From: Gammaproteobacteria bacterium
GTDB lineage: Bacteria; Pseudomonadota; Gammaproteobacteria; UBA4575
Direction of reading: 5' to 3'
NCBI GenBank assembly: GCA_965242685.1
Contig: OZ251487.1
Coordinates: 865,199 to 929,198, forward strand
DNA length: 64,000 nucleotides
Position 1 is the first letter of the stretch. Every line of letters begins with the position of its first letter. Shown in pieces: positions 47,833 to 58,409 of the stretch. The notes beneath the pieces were generated by a model. That model was not told where the DNA came from. It searched no databases and saw only the letters and a list, made by a program, of their open reading frames with translations. The position numbers and the translations under genes were made by a program.

Positions 47833-49004
47833 ACCGCCCGGCCTTGCAGTTCTTGTGAGAGGATCGAGGATTTTAGGGCACTATGATTTTCGGTTTGGGC
47901 TTTTGACACAGCCATCGCCTTGTCAATCTCGGCAAACATCGTATCAATCTCGGCGACGAGAGTTTGCTGAGTTTCAAGGGGCGGGAGGGGAAATTGAAAT
48001 GACGAGTATTGCTTGGCATTGATGTTTGTAAGTGTGACGGTTTTAGAATTGCTGAGTATCCATTCGCCCCAAGATTTGGACTTAGTGATATAGTAAATAT
48101 ACTCGGGAATAGCCTTGTCGGGATTGATACGAAAGCGAATCAGGTATCCTGCATATTGGTAAATACCTGGCAAGTCTTTGTGAATATACGTGCGCCCAAC
48201 TGATCCAGAACGGGCAACGAGAAAGTTACCTGGCTTAAGAAATAAATCTGGCTCAACAACCGAAGGTGACACCACGCCATTGGGTTTGAGTTCACCGTTG
48301 TCCGTGATGTCGGTAATGCGCACGTAACGTACTTTCCCATCGTATAAAACTTTGCGTGCCCCAGAACCGTATTGCGGTTTACCTAACGTAATGTCCCCAA
48401 GAGCCACCGTCGGCCATTCGGCAGCAATTTGAGTTGAAAACTTTGAAGCAATAAAGCGACTTTTTAATGCTGAAAAATTATCGGCTTGGGCTTTTGACGC
48501 AGCCATCGCCTTGTCAATCTCGGCAAACACCGCCTCCAGCTTGGCGACGATGCGTCGCTGTTCTTCAAAGGATGGAAGGGGGATTTTTATATCTAAGAAC
48601 TTCCCTTTGGTAATATGGGTCATCGTGGTCCCATGAACCAACTGTTCAATGTTCTCTTTGATTGTTAATCCCAAAAAATACAAATACTTTTTGAGTATCT
48701 TGTCATTAGGTTTGACTAAGAAAATATGCTGATTGAGTAGTGCAGGCTCACCTTCCCAAAGAAAAACTCCAATGGTTGCAGACCATGAAATCAGTAGGTC
48801 TCCTCTTTCGACATGATATTTGGGGTCAACTTCGACAGTTGTTCTATTTATATTTTTCGATGATTTTGTAAGGTTTTGAATTCTAATTATTGGCTTGCCT
48901 TCTTCACCCCAATCAGATGGTTTGAACGCAAATCCGTTTTGAAAATCTGCTACCTCTCCAAGTTTGACCATCGGCCATTCAGCTTTACAACCCGTCACAG
49001 TCAT
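47829..49004 (-). CDS. hsdS: Type I R-M specificity subunit with two target-recognition domains
   Basis: Two-TRD architecture with duplicated conserved spacer helices (EIDKAMAASKAQADNFSALKSRFI and EIDKAMAVSKAQTENHSALKSSIL). AT-rich coding sequence. 4-bp overlaps on both sides. Confidence 0.8.
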   Translation of the reverse strand: MTVTGCKAEWPMVKLGEVADFQNGFAFKPSDWGEEGKPIIRIQNLTKSSKNINRTTVEVDPKYHVERGDLLISWSATIGVFLWEGEPALLNQHIFLVKPNDKILKKYLYFLGLTIKENIEQLVHGTTMTHITKGKFLDIKIPLPSFEEQRRIVAKLEAVFAEIDKAMAASKAQADNFSALKSRFIASKFSTQIAAEWPTVALGDITLGKPQYGSGARKVLYDGKVRYVRITDITDNGELKPNGVVSPSVVEPDLFLKPGNFLVARSGSVGRTYIHKDLPGIYQYAGYLIRFRINPDKAIPEYIYYITKSKSWGEWILSNSKTVTLTNINAKQYSSFQFPLPPLETQQTLVAEIDTMFAEIDKAMAVSKAQTENHSALKSSILSQELQGRAV

Positions 49005-50458
49005 AGCAGTCCCTTGATGGCTTTTACGGCTTCATCCTGTCTGGTATTCAGGTCTTCAATCTCGGCAAGGATTTGGTTTGGCGTGCGGGTATCGGTTTCG
49101 TCAACACGATTGGGGTTATTGACGGTTAAGGCCCAAGTGTCTCGGTTAATGTCGCTAACGTCTACACTCCAAGAGTGATCGCTGTCCGCCTTGGTTGCGG
49201 AAAGCGCGACAAAATCTTCCATGTCCTTTTCATTCAGTGGATTGTTCTTGCCAAGGTTTCTGCCGACATTAAGTTGGTAGTACCATACCCGTCGTGTGGG
49301 TTTGCCTTTCTCGAAAAACAGCACAACGGTCCTTACACCGGTGCCGGTGAATACACCGCCCGGCAGATCCAAAACGGCAAACAGGTTGCACTCTTCAAGC
49401 AACTGTTTACGCAAGGCTACGCTTGCGTTATCGGCGTTACTGAGGAACGTGTTTTTAATCACCACACCGCAGCGTCCGCCCGCCTTTAGCTTTTTTATGA
49501 AGTGTTGTAGGAACAGATAGGCGGTTTCCCCCGTGCAGATGGGAAAGTTTTGGTGTATCTCGGCACGTTCCTTGCCGCCAAAGGGCGGATTTGCAAGGAC
49601 GACATTTACTCTGTCGCGCTCTTGTATATCGGCTATATTTTCGTCAAGCGTATTGGTGTGCACGATATTTGGCGCATCAATGCCGTGCAAAATCATATTC
49701 ATTAAGCCTATTACATAGGCTAGTGATTTTTTCTCTTGGGCATAGAAGGTTTTGTGCTGTAGTTGCTCGAAGTCTTTAACTGACAGCTCTTTTTTTGCAC
49801 TTCGAATGTGTGCATAGGCTTCACACAAAAAACCGGCACTGCCCACGGCGCCGTCGTAAATGGTCTCGCCAATTCTTGGATCTATTACTTTTACTATCGC
49901 CTTGATAAGTGGGCGCGGCGTGTAGTACTCGCCACCGTTACGCCCGGCGTTTCCCATTTTTTTAATTTTGTCTTCATACAGACTGCTTAGCTCGTGCTTG
50001 TCGTCATTGCTAAGGAATCGCAACTCGTCAATTTTGTTAATGACTTCACGCAAGTTATAGCCACTTTGTAGTCTATTACGAATTTCGCCAAAAATTTCGC
50101 CTATTTTATATTCAAGCGTGTCGGCACTCTCGGCATTTTGTTTGAAACTTTTGAGATAAGGAAACAGCTTTTCGTTTACAAATTCGCGCAGGTCATCGCC
50201 AGACCGTGCCGCGTTGTGGTCCAACTTGCCGTCGGCTTTCTTCGGTGCCGCCCAGGTTTGCCAACTAAATTCTTTGCTTAGTATTCGGTCGTAGGTTTTA
50301 CCACTTGCTTCGCAAATATCCGCTTTTTCTGTTTCATGGTCGTCAAGGTACTTGAGAAAGAGTACCCACGATGTTTGCTCAATATAATCGAGTTCGCTGC
50401 TACAGCCGGCGTCCTTCCGTAAGGTGTCATCAATGCTTCTAAATGCGGCTTCGAACAT
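49001..50458 (-). CDS. hsdM: Type I R-M N6-adenine DNA methyltransferase subunit
   Basis: NPPFG catalytic motif, AdoMet motif (DGAVGSAGFL), HsdM N-terminal domain. Start could instead be the upstream Met at 50491, which would overlap the guaA stop. Confidence 0.85.
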   Translation of the reverse strand: MFEAAFRSIDDTLRKDAGCSSELDYIEQTSWVLFLKYLDDHETEKADICEASGKTYDRILSKEFSWQTWAAPKKADGKLDHNAARSGDDLREFVNEKLFPYLKSFKQNAESADTLEYKIGEIFGEIRNRLQSGYNLREVINKIDELRFLSNDDKHELSSLYEDKIKKMGNAGRNGGEYYTPRPLIKAIVKVIDPRIGETIYDGAVGSAGFLCEAYAHIRSAKKELSVKDFEQLQHKTFYAQEKKSLAYVIGLMNMILHGIDAPNIVHTNTLDENIADIQERDRVNVVLANPPFGGKERAEIHQNFPICTGETAYLFLQHFIKKLKAGGRCGVVIKNTFLSNADNASVALRKQLLEECNLFAVLDLPGGVFTGTGVRTVVLFFEKGKPTRRVWYYQLNVGRNLGKNNPLNEKDMEDFVALSATKADSDHSWSVDVSDINRDTWALTVNNPNRVDETDTRTPNQILAEIEDLNTRQDEAVKAIKGLL

Positions 50459-50481
50459 GATATTTAAGCAGGCGGAAAAGG

Positions 50482-52050
50482 CTACTCCCACTCAATCGTG
50501 GCGGGCGGTTTTCCCGAGATGTCGTAGGTGACCCTTGAGATGCCGTCTATCTCGTTGATGATGCGCCGCGAGACGTGGCCTAAAAAGTCATACGGCAGGC
50601 GCGCCCAGCGCGCCGTCATGAAGTCGACCGTCTCTACCGCACGTAGCGCGATCACGTAGTCATATTGCCTGTGGTCTCCCATCACGCCTACGGATTTTAT
50701 CGGTAAAAAAACCGCAAAGGCCTGCGAAGTTTTTTCATATAGCCCGTGCTTTTTGAGTTCGGAGATGAAGATGTCATCCGCCAAACGCAATAGATCCACG
50801 TATTTTTTTCTGACCGGCCCCAGCACCCGCACCCCCAAGCCCGGGCCCGGGAACGGATGCCTGTGAACGATGTCTTTGGATAACCCAAGCTCGAGGCCGA
50901 TGGTGCGTACCTCGTCTTTGAACAGGTCTCTTAACGGCTCTATCAGTTTAAGCCGCATTTTTTCCGGCAGGCCGGCGACGTTGTGATGGGTCTTGATCAG
51001 CTGCGCCTTGCCCGTGGCCGCGCCGGCGGATTCGATGACGTCGGGGTAGATGGTGCCCTGCCCCAGCCATTTGACGTTACCGAGTTCGCGCGCCTTTTCT
51101 TCGAATATCTCGATGAACAGGTTGCCGATGATCCGGCGTTTTTCTTCGGGGTCGGATTTGCCTTTTAGGGCGACAAAATAGCGCTTTTCCGCATTTACCC
51201 GTATTATTTTTATGCCGATGCGTGAGAAGGTCGCCATGACTTGATCGCCCTCGTCAAGGCGCAATAGGCCGGTGTCGACGAAGATGCAGGTCAGTTGTTC
51301 GCCGATGGCTTTGTGCAGCAGGGCCGCAACTACGGATGAATCCACCCCGCCGGAAAGTGCCAGCAGCACCCGCTCCGAACCCACCTGGTCTTTTATGTGT
51401 CTGATGGCCTTGTCGATGATGTTGGCCGGCGTCCAGTGGGGTTTGCAGCCACAGATGCCCCGCACAAAACCCGCCAGGATTTGTTTGCCGTGCCGGGTAT
51501 GCGTGACTTCGGGGTGAAATTGCAGGCCGAATAGTCTTCGGCGGTGGTCGGCAATCGCGGCGATGGGGGCGTTACGGGTGGCGGCGATGGTTTTGAAACC
51601 GCGAGGGAGTTTGGTGATGCGGTCGCCGTGCGACATCCAGACATCGAGGACATCGATGCTATTTTTTCGGTCCGCAAGGTTGGATAAGAGGTCGGATGTG
51701 CCTTTAAGTTTTATTTGCGCACCGCCAAACTCCCGTTTGTGCGAGGCCTCCACCTCGCCCCCCATCTGTTTGACCATCGTGTGCATGCCGTAGCAGATGC
51801 CCAGCACCGGAATTCCCATATCCAAGACGGGCGCGGCTACTTTGGGGGAGCTTGTCGAGGTTACGGACTCGGGGCCGCCGGACAATACGATGCCATCGGC
51901 GTGAAAGGCGGCGATCTTTTGGGGCGCGGCGTCCCAAGGGTAGATTTCGCAGTAGGTGCCCAGTTCTCGTATTCTACGGGCGATGAGTTGCGTGTATTGA
52001 GAGCCAAAATCGAGGATTAGGACTTTGTCCGCCTGAATGTCGTCCATCAC
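50482..52050 (-). CDS. guaA: GMP synthase (glutamine-hydrolysing)
   Basis: Class-I GATase N-terminus ([21 protein letters not shown]), PP-loop SGGVDSSV, C-terminal dimerisation domain ending ...TIEWE. Confidence 0.95.
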   Translation of the reverse strand: MMDDIQADKVLILDFGSQYTQLIARRIRELGTYCEIYPWDAAPQKIAAFHADGIVLSGGPESVTSTSSPKVAAPVLDMGIPVLGICYGMHTMVKQMGGEVEASHKREFGGAQIKLKGTSDLLSNLADRKNSIDVLDVWMSHGDRITKLPRGFKTIAATRNAPIAAIADHRRRLFGLQFHPEVTHTRHGKQILAGFVRGICGCKPHWTPANIIDKAIRHIKDQVGSERVLLALSGGVDSSVVAALLHKAIGEQLTCIFVDTGLLRLDEGDQVMATFSRIGIKIIRVNAEKRYFVALKGKSDPEEKRRIIGNLFIEIFEEKARELGNVKWLGQGTIYPDVIESAGAATGKAQLIKTHHNVAGLPEKMRLKLIEPLRDLFKDEVRTIGLELGLSKDIVHRHPFPGPGLGVRVLGPVRKKYVDLLRLADDIFISELKKHGLYEKTSQAFAVFLPIKSVGVMGDHRQYDYVIALRAVETVDFMTARWARLPYDFLGHVSRRIINEIDGISRVTYDISGKPPATIEWE

Positions 52051-52087
52051 GGCAGGCCGTCAAGCGGACAGGGTTTTATGCGGGTTT

Positions 52088-53551
52088 TTATTCGACATGG
52101 TAGTTGGGGGCTTCTTTGGTAATGGTTACGTCGTGTACGTGGCTCTCTCTCATGCCGGCGGAAGAAATTTTTACGAATTCCGGCTTGATACGCATTTCGT
52201 TCACGTTCTTACAGCCTACATAGCCCATGCTGGAACGTAGCCCGCCCAACAGCTGCTGAATGATGTTCACCACGCTGCCTTTGTACGGTACGCGCCCTTC
52301 GATACCTTCCGGCGCATATTTTCCCGCACTCAGCCCGTCACTTTGAAAATAGCGGTCGCTTGAGCCTTGCTGCATGGCGGATAAGGAGCCCATACCGCGG
52401 TAGGTCTTGTATGATCTTCCCTGATACAATTCAACCTCGCCGGGGGCCTCTCTGGTGCCCGCAAACAAGCCGCCGATCATCACCGCGTCCGCGCCGGCGG
52501 CAATCGCTTTGGCGACATCGCCGGAATAACGAATGCCACCATCGGCAATCACGGGGACTTCGGATTGGATCGCCTGATTCACGGCGTCTATGGCACTGAT
52601 TTGCGGCACGCCAACGCCCGCAACAACCCTGGTGGTACAGATCGATCCCGGCCCGATGCCCACCTTGACGGCGTCCACGCCGGCTTTGATTAAGTCGGTG
52701 GCGGCATCGCCGGTTGCGATGTTGCCGCCGATGACTTGTATGTCGGAATAGGTCTTTTTGATCCAGCGCACGCGATCCAGTACGGCTTGCGAATGGGCAT
52801 GGGCGGTGTCGACGACGATCACGTCTACGTCGGCCGCTATCAGTTCTTCTACGCGCTGCTCGGTTTGCGGCCCGATCCCCACCGCGGCGCCAACCAGCAA
52901 GCGCCCTTCCGAGTCTTTACAGGCGTGAGGAAAGTCCGTCGATTTTTGAATGTCTTTAACCGTGATCAATCCACGCAATTCAAATGCGTCATTAACTATC
53001 AGTATTTTTTCAATGCGATGCTCGTGCAACAGCTCTTTTACTTCATCTTTGTCGGCGCCCTCTTTTACCGTGACCAAACGCCGGCGGGGCGTCATGATGT
53101 TTTCAACGGGTTCATCGGTGCGTGTCTCAAAACGTAAATCACGGCTGGTAACGATGCCCACCAAAAGCTCTCCGGAAACTACGGGCACGCCGGAGATGTT
53201 TTTTTCGCGGGTGAGTTCAAGCACCCGTCCAATGGTGGTAGAGGGGTCTACACAAATAGGGTCTTTAATGACGCCGCTTTCAAACTTTTTCACCAAGCGC
53301 ACCTCGTTGGCTTGAAGGGTGGTGGGGAGGTTTTTATGAATCACGCCAAAACCGCCTTCCTGCGCCATCGATATTGCCAAACGTCCCTCCGTTACGGTGT
53401 CCATAGCAGAGGAAAGCAACGGCATATTCAGGGTGATTTCGCGCGTCAAACGAGTTTGCAGGTCCACTTCGCGCGGCATGACGCCGGAACGAGCAGGCAC
53501 CAGTGAAACGTCATCAAAGGTCAGTGCATTTTGTATAATCCGCATAGACAT
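52088..53551 (-). CDS. guaB: IMP dehydrogenase
   Basis: [23 protein letters not shown] pair, catalytic [11 protein letters not shown]. Confidence 0.95.
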   Translation of the reverse strand: MSMRIIQNALTFDDVSLVPARSGVMPREVDLQTRLTREITLNMPLLSSAMDTVTEGRLAISMAQEGGFGVIHKNLPTTLQANEVRLVKKFESGVIKDPICVDPSTTIGRVLELTREKNISGVPVVSGELLVGIVTSRDLRFETRTDEPVENIMTPRRRLVTVKEGADKDEVKELLHEHRIEKILIVNDAFELRGLITVKDIQKSTDFPHACKDSEGRLLVGAAVGIGPQTEQRVEELIAADVDVIVVDTAHAHSQAVLDRVRWIKKTYSDIQVIGGNIATGDAATDLIKAGVDAVKVGIGPGSICTTRVVAGVGVPQISAIDAVNQAIQSEVPVIADGGIRYSGDVAKAIAAGADAVMIGGLFAGTREAPGEVELYQGRSYKTYRGMGSLSAMQQGSSDRYFQSDGLSAGKYAPEGIEGRVPYKGSVVNIIQQLLGGLRSSMGYVGCKNVNEMRIKPEFVKISSAGMRESHVHDVTITKEAPNYHVE

Positions 53552-53649
53552 TCCCGTTACAATACTGTGTCATTATATAGTAACTACACGTTTTGCGGTA
53601 AACTTGCCCGCTCATTAATTGAATAGACCACCTGCCCCGAATAGATGAC

Positions 53650-54999
53650 ATGCAACTAGACCTCGACGTTGATGAGCGGCGGATCTACACGGTTCGGCAA
53701 CTCAACAGGGAAATAAAGGAATTATTGCAACAAAGCTTTCCCCTGCTTTGGGTCGAGGGTGAGATCTCGAATTTGGCGCAACCCGCCTCCGGACATATAT
53801 ATTTTTCACTGAAGGATAAAAAGGCTCAGGTGCGCTGCACGATGTTTCACAGTGCCAATCAGTTGCTGACTTTCCCGCTCGAGGAAGGTATGCACGTGTT
53901 GGTGAAGGCGCGCGCCGGATTATATGAGGCACGCGGGGAGTATCAGCTTAACGTCGAGTACCTGGAAAGGGTCGGGGTCGGGGTTTTGCAAAGTAGATAC
54001 GAGGAACTGAAAAGGAGATTAAATCGGGAAGGGTTGTTTGAAAAAACTCATAAGCAGGGCTTACCAAAGTTTCCACGACACCTGTGTATCATCACCTCGC
54101 CGACAGGGGCCGCGATCCGCGATATACTGAGCGTGCTTCGGCGCAGGTTTCCGGTGCTTGCCGTGCACGTCTATGCGGTGCCCGTGCAAGGGGAAAGATC
54201 CGCCGAGGCCATCGTCGATGCGATCCAAGCCGTCAATCGGCGCGAAGACTGCGAGGTCATCCTATTGGCGCGGGGCGGGGGGGCGATTGAGGATTTGTGG
54301 TCTTTTAACGAGGAGGCCGTCGCACGGGCGATATTTGATTCCAAGCTGCCCATCGTTACGGGTATCGGGCACGAGATAGATTTTACTATTGCGGATTTTG
54401 TGGCGGACGTGCGTGCCGCCACACCGTCCGCCGCCGCAGAGATCATTACCCCGCATCAACAAAAGCTGATCGAGGCACTTGAAAAATACAAGCGGTCATT
54501 ACGCGATCAAATGCTGTACGTTGTGAATAATTCTTACCAATCCATCGATCATTTCATGCAGCGACTTGAGTTCCTACACCCCAAACAAGCCCTGCACAGA
54601 AACAAGCGTCAACTTATTGAGTTGCAAAAGCGCATAGTCAGTGAAACGAGGCTCAAGCTCTCTCGACAACATGCCCGATTAAATACGCTGTTGCTTCGAA
54701 TTGAAAGCCGGTCACCCAAATACCGGTGGCAAACTATTAAGACCAGGACTATGAATTTGCACGCCAACCTCCATCGCCTGGCACGCATACCACTGGAAAA
54801 AAGAAAGCAAAGGCTTGAAACACTGACTCGTTCGCTCTATGCGGTCAGTCCGCAGGATACTTTGGGGCGCGGTTACGCCATCGTCACCCGGGCAACAGAT
54901 AAACTGGTTTTACGCAATGCCGACCAGGTATCCATAGATGAAAAAATATTGATCCGATTAGCCAAAGGGCAACTCGGCGCAAAAGTTGATAAAAAATAG
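53650..54999 (+). CDS. xseA: exodeoxyribonuclease VII large subunit
   Basis: OB-fold N-terminus (YTVRQLNREIKELLQQSFPLLWVEGEISN) and catalytic core. Divergent from guaBA as in E. coli. Confidence 0.9.
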   Translation: MQLDLDVDERRIYTVRQLNREIKELLQQSFPLLWVEGEISNLAQPASGHIYFSLKDKKAQVRCTMFHSANQLLTFPLEEGMHVLVKARAGLYEARGEYQLNVEYLERVGVGVLQSRYEELKRRLNREGLFEKTHKQGLPKFPRHLCIITSPTGAAIRDILSVLRRRFPVLAVHVYAVPVQGERSAEAIVDAIQAVNRREDCEVILLARGGGAIEDLWSFNEEAVARAIFDSKLPIVTGIGHEIDFTIADFVADVRAATPSAAAEIITPHQQKLIEALEKYKRSLRDQMLYVVNNSYQSIDHFMQRLEFLHPKQALHRNKRQLIELQKRIVSETRLKLSRQHARLNTLLLRIESRSPKYRWQTIKTRTMNLHANLHRLARIPLEKRKQRLETLTRSLYAVSPQDTLGRGYAIVTRATDKLVLRNADQVSIDEKILIRLAKGQLGAKVDKK

Positions 55000-55096
55000 C
55001 CCTTTACTATAAAGTTTTTTCATATATTTAGTATTGCTTGCCAGACAAATAATTATTTGGTATCAAAACGGGCATTTTTAAGAGAAGCTTCATTAC

Positions 55097-56137
55097 ATGG
55101 CAACTCAGAGGCAAACCGTGAAAAGGAAGGCCGCCGTCCGAAATAAGACCGCGGCACAAAGGAAGGCCGCGACTCCAAAGAAGGCCACGGCGCAAAGGAA
55201 GACCACGACTCCAAAGAAGGCCACGGCGCAAAAGAAAGCCACGGTGCAAAGGAAGGCCACAACTCCAAAGAAGGCCACGGCACAAAGGAAGGCCGCAACG
55301 CCAAAGAAGGCCGCGACGCAAAAGAAGGCCACGGCGCAAAGGAAGACCGCAACTCCAAAGAAAGCCGTGACGCAAAAGAAGACCGCGGTGCAAAAGAAGG
55401 CCGCGACGCAAAGGAAGGCCACAACTCCAAAGAAAGCCGCGGCGCAAAGGAAGGCCACGACGCAAAGGAAGACCGCAACTCCAAGGAAGACCGCGACTCC
55501 AAAGAAGACCGCAACTCCAAAGAAAGCCACGGTGCAAAGGAAGACCGCGACTCCAAAGAAGGCCGCAACGCCAAAGAAGGCCGCGACGCAAAGGAAGGCC
55601 GCAACTCCAAAGAAGGCCGTGACGCAAAAGAAGACCACGGTGCAAAGGAAAGCCGCGACTCCAAAGAAGGCCACGACTACAAGGAAGACCGTGGCGGAAA
55701 GGAAGGCCGCAGCAGAGAAAAGGAAAAGACGTACCGGCCCGCCGAAGAAACGCTCCGATCCGGATAAGGGCTATATGAACCCGGAACAATTAGCGCATTT
55801 TCGTGATGTTTTGCTGCGCCGAAAACAAGATATATTCGATGAAGTCAGCCGAACTGTGGATCACATGAAAAAAGAGGCGAGCCAGTTTGCAGACCCCGCC
55901 GACCGCGCCACACAAGAGGAAGGATTTAGCCTGGAGCTACGTACCCGCGACCGCGAAAGTAAATTGGTGAAAAAGATCAACCAAGCCCTGGCGTCCATTA
56001 AAGCGGACGAATACGGCTACTGTAAATCTTGCGGAGTAGAAATAGGTTTAAAAAGATTGGAGGCGCGCCCTACCGCTACACTGTGCATCGACTGCAAGAC
56101 GTTACAAGAAAGGAGGGAGAATCAAGTCTATACGTAG
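55097..56137 (+). CDS. dksA: DksA/TraR-family RNA-polymerase-binding factor with a ~215-aa N-terminal Lys/Ala/Thr/Pro-rich repeat tail (histone-H1/AlgP-like)
   Basis: C-terminal 130 aa contains the DksA coiled-coil acidic tip (ADPADRATQEE) and C4 zinc finger (CKSCGVEI...CIDCK). N-terminal region is ~18 imperfect repeats of TPKKATAQRKA. Confidence 0.8.
   Translation: MATQRQTVKRKAAVRNKTAAQRKAATPKKATAQRKTTTPKKATAQKKATVQRKATTPKKATAQRKAATPKKAATQKKATAQRKTATPKKAVTQKKTAVQKKAATQRKATTPKKAAAQRKATTQRKTATPRKTATPKKTATPKKATVQRKTATPKKAATPKKAATQRKAATPKKAVTQKKTTVQRKAATPKKATTTRKTVAERKAAAEKRKRRTGPPKKRSDPDKGYMNPEQLAHFRDVLLRRKQDIFDEVSRTVDHMKKEASQFADPADRATQEEGFSLELRTRDRESKLVKKINQALASIKADEYGYCKSCGVEIGLKRLEARPTATLCIDCKTLQERRENQVYT
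55112..55720 (+). repeat. about 18 tandem copies of a 33-bp (and 15/18-bp half-unit) coding repeat
   Basis: Visible periodicity actccaaagaaggccacggcgcaaaggaagrcc repeated head-to-tail. Produces mirror-image repetitive ORFs on all minus-strand frames. Confidence 0.85.
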
Positions 56138-56178
56138 CCCTCTCTCCTTCTCGTCGACCCGGGAAACGTTCAGCTATA

Positions 56179-56397
56179 TTACTCATCCTCACCGCTTTTT
56201 TCCCAATCCCAAGGTTCTTCCTTAGCAATGGCGAAAAAAAGCCAAAAATTTCCAACCAACATGACGATAAGCAACACCGCTCCACCCAGTGCCCAAAGTG
56301 GCTCACGAAAGTTGTCGTTAAAACCGAAAAAATTGAGAATCCCAACAAATACGGCCGTCCAAAGAGCCATCACTACCAATGCTTGAAATGTACGCAT
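56179..56397 (-). CDS. small two-TM membrane protein (72 aa)
   Basis: AGGAGA SD 6 nt upstream of the ATG. Two hydrophobic helices with an acidic C-terminus. Confidence 0.45.
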   Translation of the reverse strand: MRTFQALVVMALWTAVFVGILNFFGFNDNFREPLWALGGAVLLIVMLVGNFWLFFAIAKEEPWDWEKSGEDE

Positions 56398-56437
56398 ATT
56401 TTTCTCCTACACACCCTAAGCAATATTTTATATTACG

Positions 56438-57526
56438 TCATCGCCCACCGGGCATTGAGCTTGCATCCAGAAACTTGTCAAAAAAGATATTGTCCTTTTT
56501 CATGCCTTGTTCAACCATTACTTTAATGGCTGCATCAACCATAGGCGGCGGGCCACATAGGTAGCCCTGCGCCTCGCCCAATAATATTCGACCGGTATCC
56601 ACATAGGCGGTCTTCAAATGATCGGTTACCAGTCCCCTGGCGCCATCCCAATCGCTATCTTCCGGCTCCATGTTGAGGACCGGAATAAATTCAAATGAGT
56701 GGCTGTTATGCCACTGCGAGCCAATTTCGGCTATTTCTTCCAAACAGTACAGGTCTTTTTGTGTACGCGCACCAAATAAAAACAGGCAGTCTCGCTGCAC
56801 TCCCTCGTTTACGGCCGATTCCAAAACGGCCTTGATCGAACTGATGCCGCTGCCGCCGGCAATGCAGACGATGGGGGCGTTTTCCGGACGCAGCCAAAAA
56901 TGGCCATAGGGGCCCGCGACCGTCATTTTTTCGCCGGTGCGGTCTTCGGCAAACAGCCATTCCGTAAATTCGCCACCCGGCACCAGGCGCACGAAAAAGG
57001 TGACTTCGTCTTGGGCTTCATTTTCCGGTGCCTTCGCATAGGAGTAGGAACGCGGCGCACTGAGTCCGGTGTAGCCGATCTCTGCGTATTGGCCCGCAAT
57101 TCCGCTACGAGAGGGCAACGGGTAATCGGAGGTAATCACAATTTCCTTGATGTCGTGGGTCAAGTCCCTGATGCGGCTGAGGGTGCCTTCGTATGAGACG
57201 ATTTGGGAAGCATGCGAGGCATCATCGAGGGCGACTTCTATTTCAACGTCACTCTTTAGGTGGGTCTGACAGGCGAGGATCATCCCGGCCTTCAGCTGGT
57301 CCGGGTCCAAAACATAGGAGAAATCCGTCAGCGACTTGGTCTTGCCTTTTTTCAGGGTGCACTTGCAGGTGGTGCAGCTTCCTACACGACAGTCATGCGG
57401 CCACGGGATACCAAGCTCTAATGCCGCATTTAACAGATTATCGCCCGCCTTTACAGTGAATCCATGCTCACCGGAGTTGACACTTGCATGCCAGTCTTTT
57501 TTACCGCCGCCAAATAATCCGAACAT
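56438..57526 (-). CDS. 2Fe-2S ferredoxin / FNR-type FAD-NAD(P) oxidoreductase (monooxygenase/desaturase reductase-like)
   Basis: N-terminal plant-type ferredoxin cysteines (CRVGSCTTCKC ... C), FAD-binding RxYS-like block (RSYS), and NAD-binding GGSGISS. Confidence 0.75.
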   Translation of the reverse strand: MFGLFGGGKKDWHASVNSGEHGFTVKAGDNLLNAALELGIPWPHDCRVGSCTTCKCTLKKGKTKSLTDFSYVLDPDQLKAGMILACQTHLKSDVEIEVALDDASHASQIVSYEGTLSRIRDLTHDIKEIVITSDYPLPSRSGIAGQYAEIGYTGLSAPRSYSYAKAPENEAQDEVTFFVRLVPGGEFTEWLFAEDRTGEKMTVAGPYGHFWLRPENAPIVCIAGGSGISSIKAVLESAVNEGVQRDCLFLFGARTQKDLYCLEEIAEIGSQWHNSHSFEFIPVLNMEPEDSDWDGARGLVTDHLKTAYVDTGRILLGEAQGYLCGPPPMVDAAIKVMVEQGMKKDNIFFDKFLDASSMPGGR

Positions 57527-57603
57527 AACCGCCCTTTACCATGCACCCATCGTCCTTGCCAGTAGCAGAAAGTGTTTAAGATATGCCTAAAAAGAGAATA
57601 TTT

Positions 57604-58230
57604 TCAGACATTGATTGAAATATCTCGCAAGCTGCCCGAGTTGACGTCCTCCGCCGTAGGTAAGCAATTGTATGGCTCCAATTTTTCCTTGCTTGTAGAG
57701 GGATGGGACTTTACCTTTTCATACCAGGCACTTACATGCGAACGAGAGCTTATCAAGTCGCCCGCGCCACGTATTTCGAGCAAGTTACAACATGCCGACC
57801 AGTGGATGTCCGCCAATGAAAAATCCCCGCATATAAAATCACCCTTCTTCGGGCGATTTTGTAGCTGCTGATCCAATCCGTCAAAAAGTGTCGCCAGGCC
57901 GGCTTCGTCGATGTCGTCACCCAACAGCGGCTGGACTTTTTCCACGACAATGCCCGCCCATTGATACATTACTGCCCGAAGTACCCCATTGCGCGGCACC
58001 AAAGACGGACCAAATCCCTTGTCGTCCAAATATGACATCACCGCATAGGTGCCATACACTAAAAAATCAATGTCTTGTAATGCAGGGCCTATGCCGTAAG
58101 GGGATTTTTCCAGAAAACTGCTGTCATCCAATCCACTGATGATCTGCGCTTCAATATCTACCCCTTTCTCGCCTGCCGTCTGCAAACATTTTCCAGTATT
58201 GACACAACTTGGGTGTCCACTCAAAATCAT
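57604..58230 (-). CDS. glutathione S-transferase-like protein
   Basis: Thioredoxin-like N-domain and helical C-domain pattern (VMSYLDDKG, FICGDFSLADI). Start set at the MILSGHP Met. Confidence 0.55.
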   Translation of the reverse strand: MILSGHPSCVNTGKCLQTAGEKGVDIEAQIISGLDDSSFLEKSPYGIGPALQDIDFLVYGTYAVMSYLDDKGFGPSLVPRNGVLRAVMYQWAGIVVEKVQPLLGDDIDEAGLATLFDGLDQQLQNRPKKGDFICGDFSLADIHWSACCNLLEIRGAGDLISSRSHVSAWYEKVKSHPSTSKEKLEPYNCLPTAEDVNSGSLRDISINV

Positions 58231-58409
58231 TTTTGTTCTTAGCTGATCGCCAATCATATCTCCCCCTACTGATACAGTTCATCGGGCCGGCTCTTTACCG
58301 CCACCCCAAACATTAAAAATAAACAGCTCTCAACAAATGAACACAATTAAGACCCTACCCAACCAAAATTTAAGTCGGACAGGCCTTCAATGTATAAAAA
58401 GCCGAGGCT

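Noticed and set aside
55112-55720. Possible CRISPR array, given the regularly spaced ~33-bp repeats
   Set aside because: The repeats are directly tandem with no unique spacers. They are in-frame coding sequence of one protein.
55028-55789. Long minus-strand ORFs (253, 203 and 189 aa), rich in Leu/Gly/Arg/Phe, antisense to the DksA repeat region
   Set aside because: They are frame shadows of the 33-bp tandem repeat. They have identical periodicity and no start context. The plus-strand frame continues into a bona fide DksA domain.
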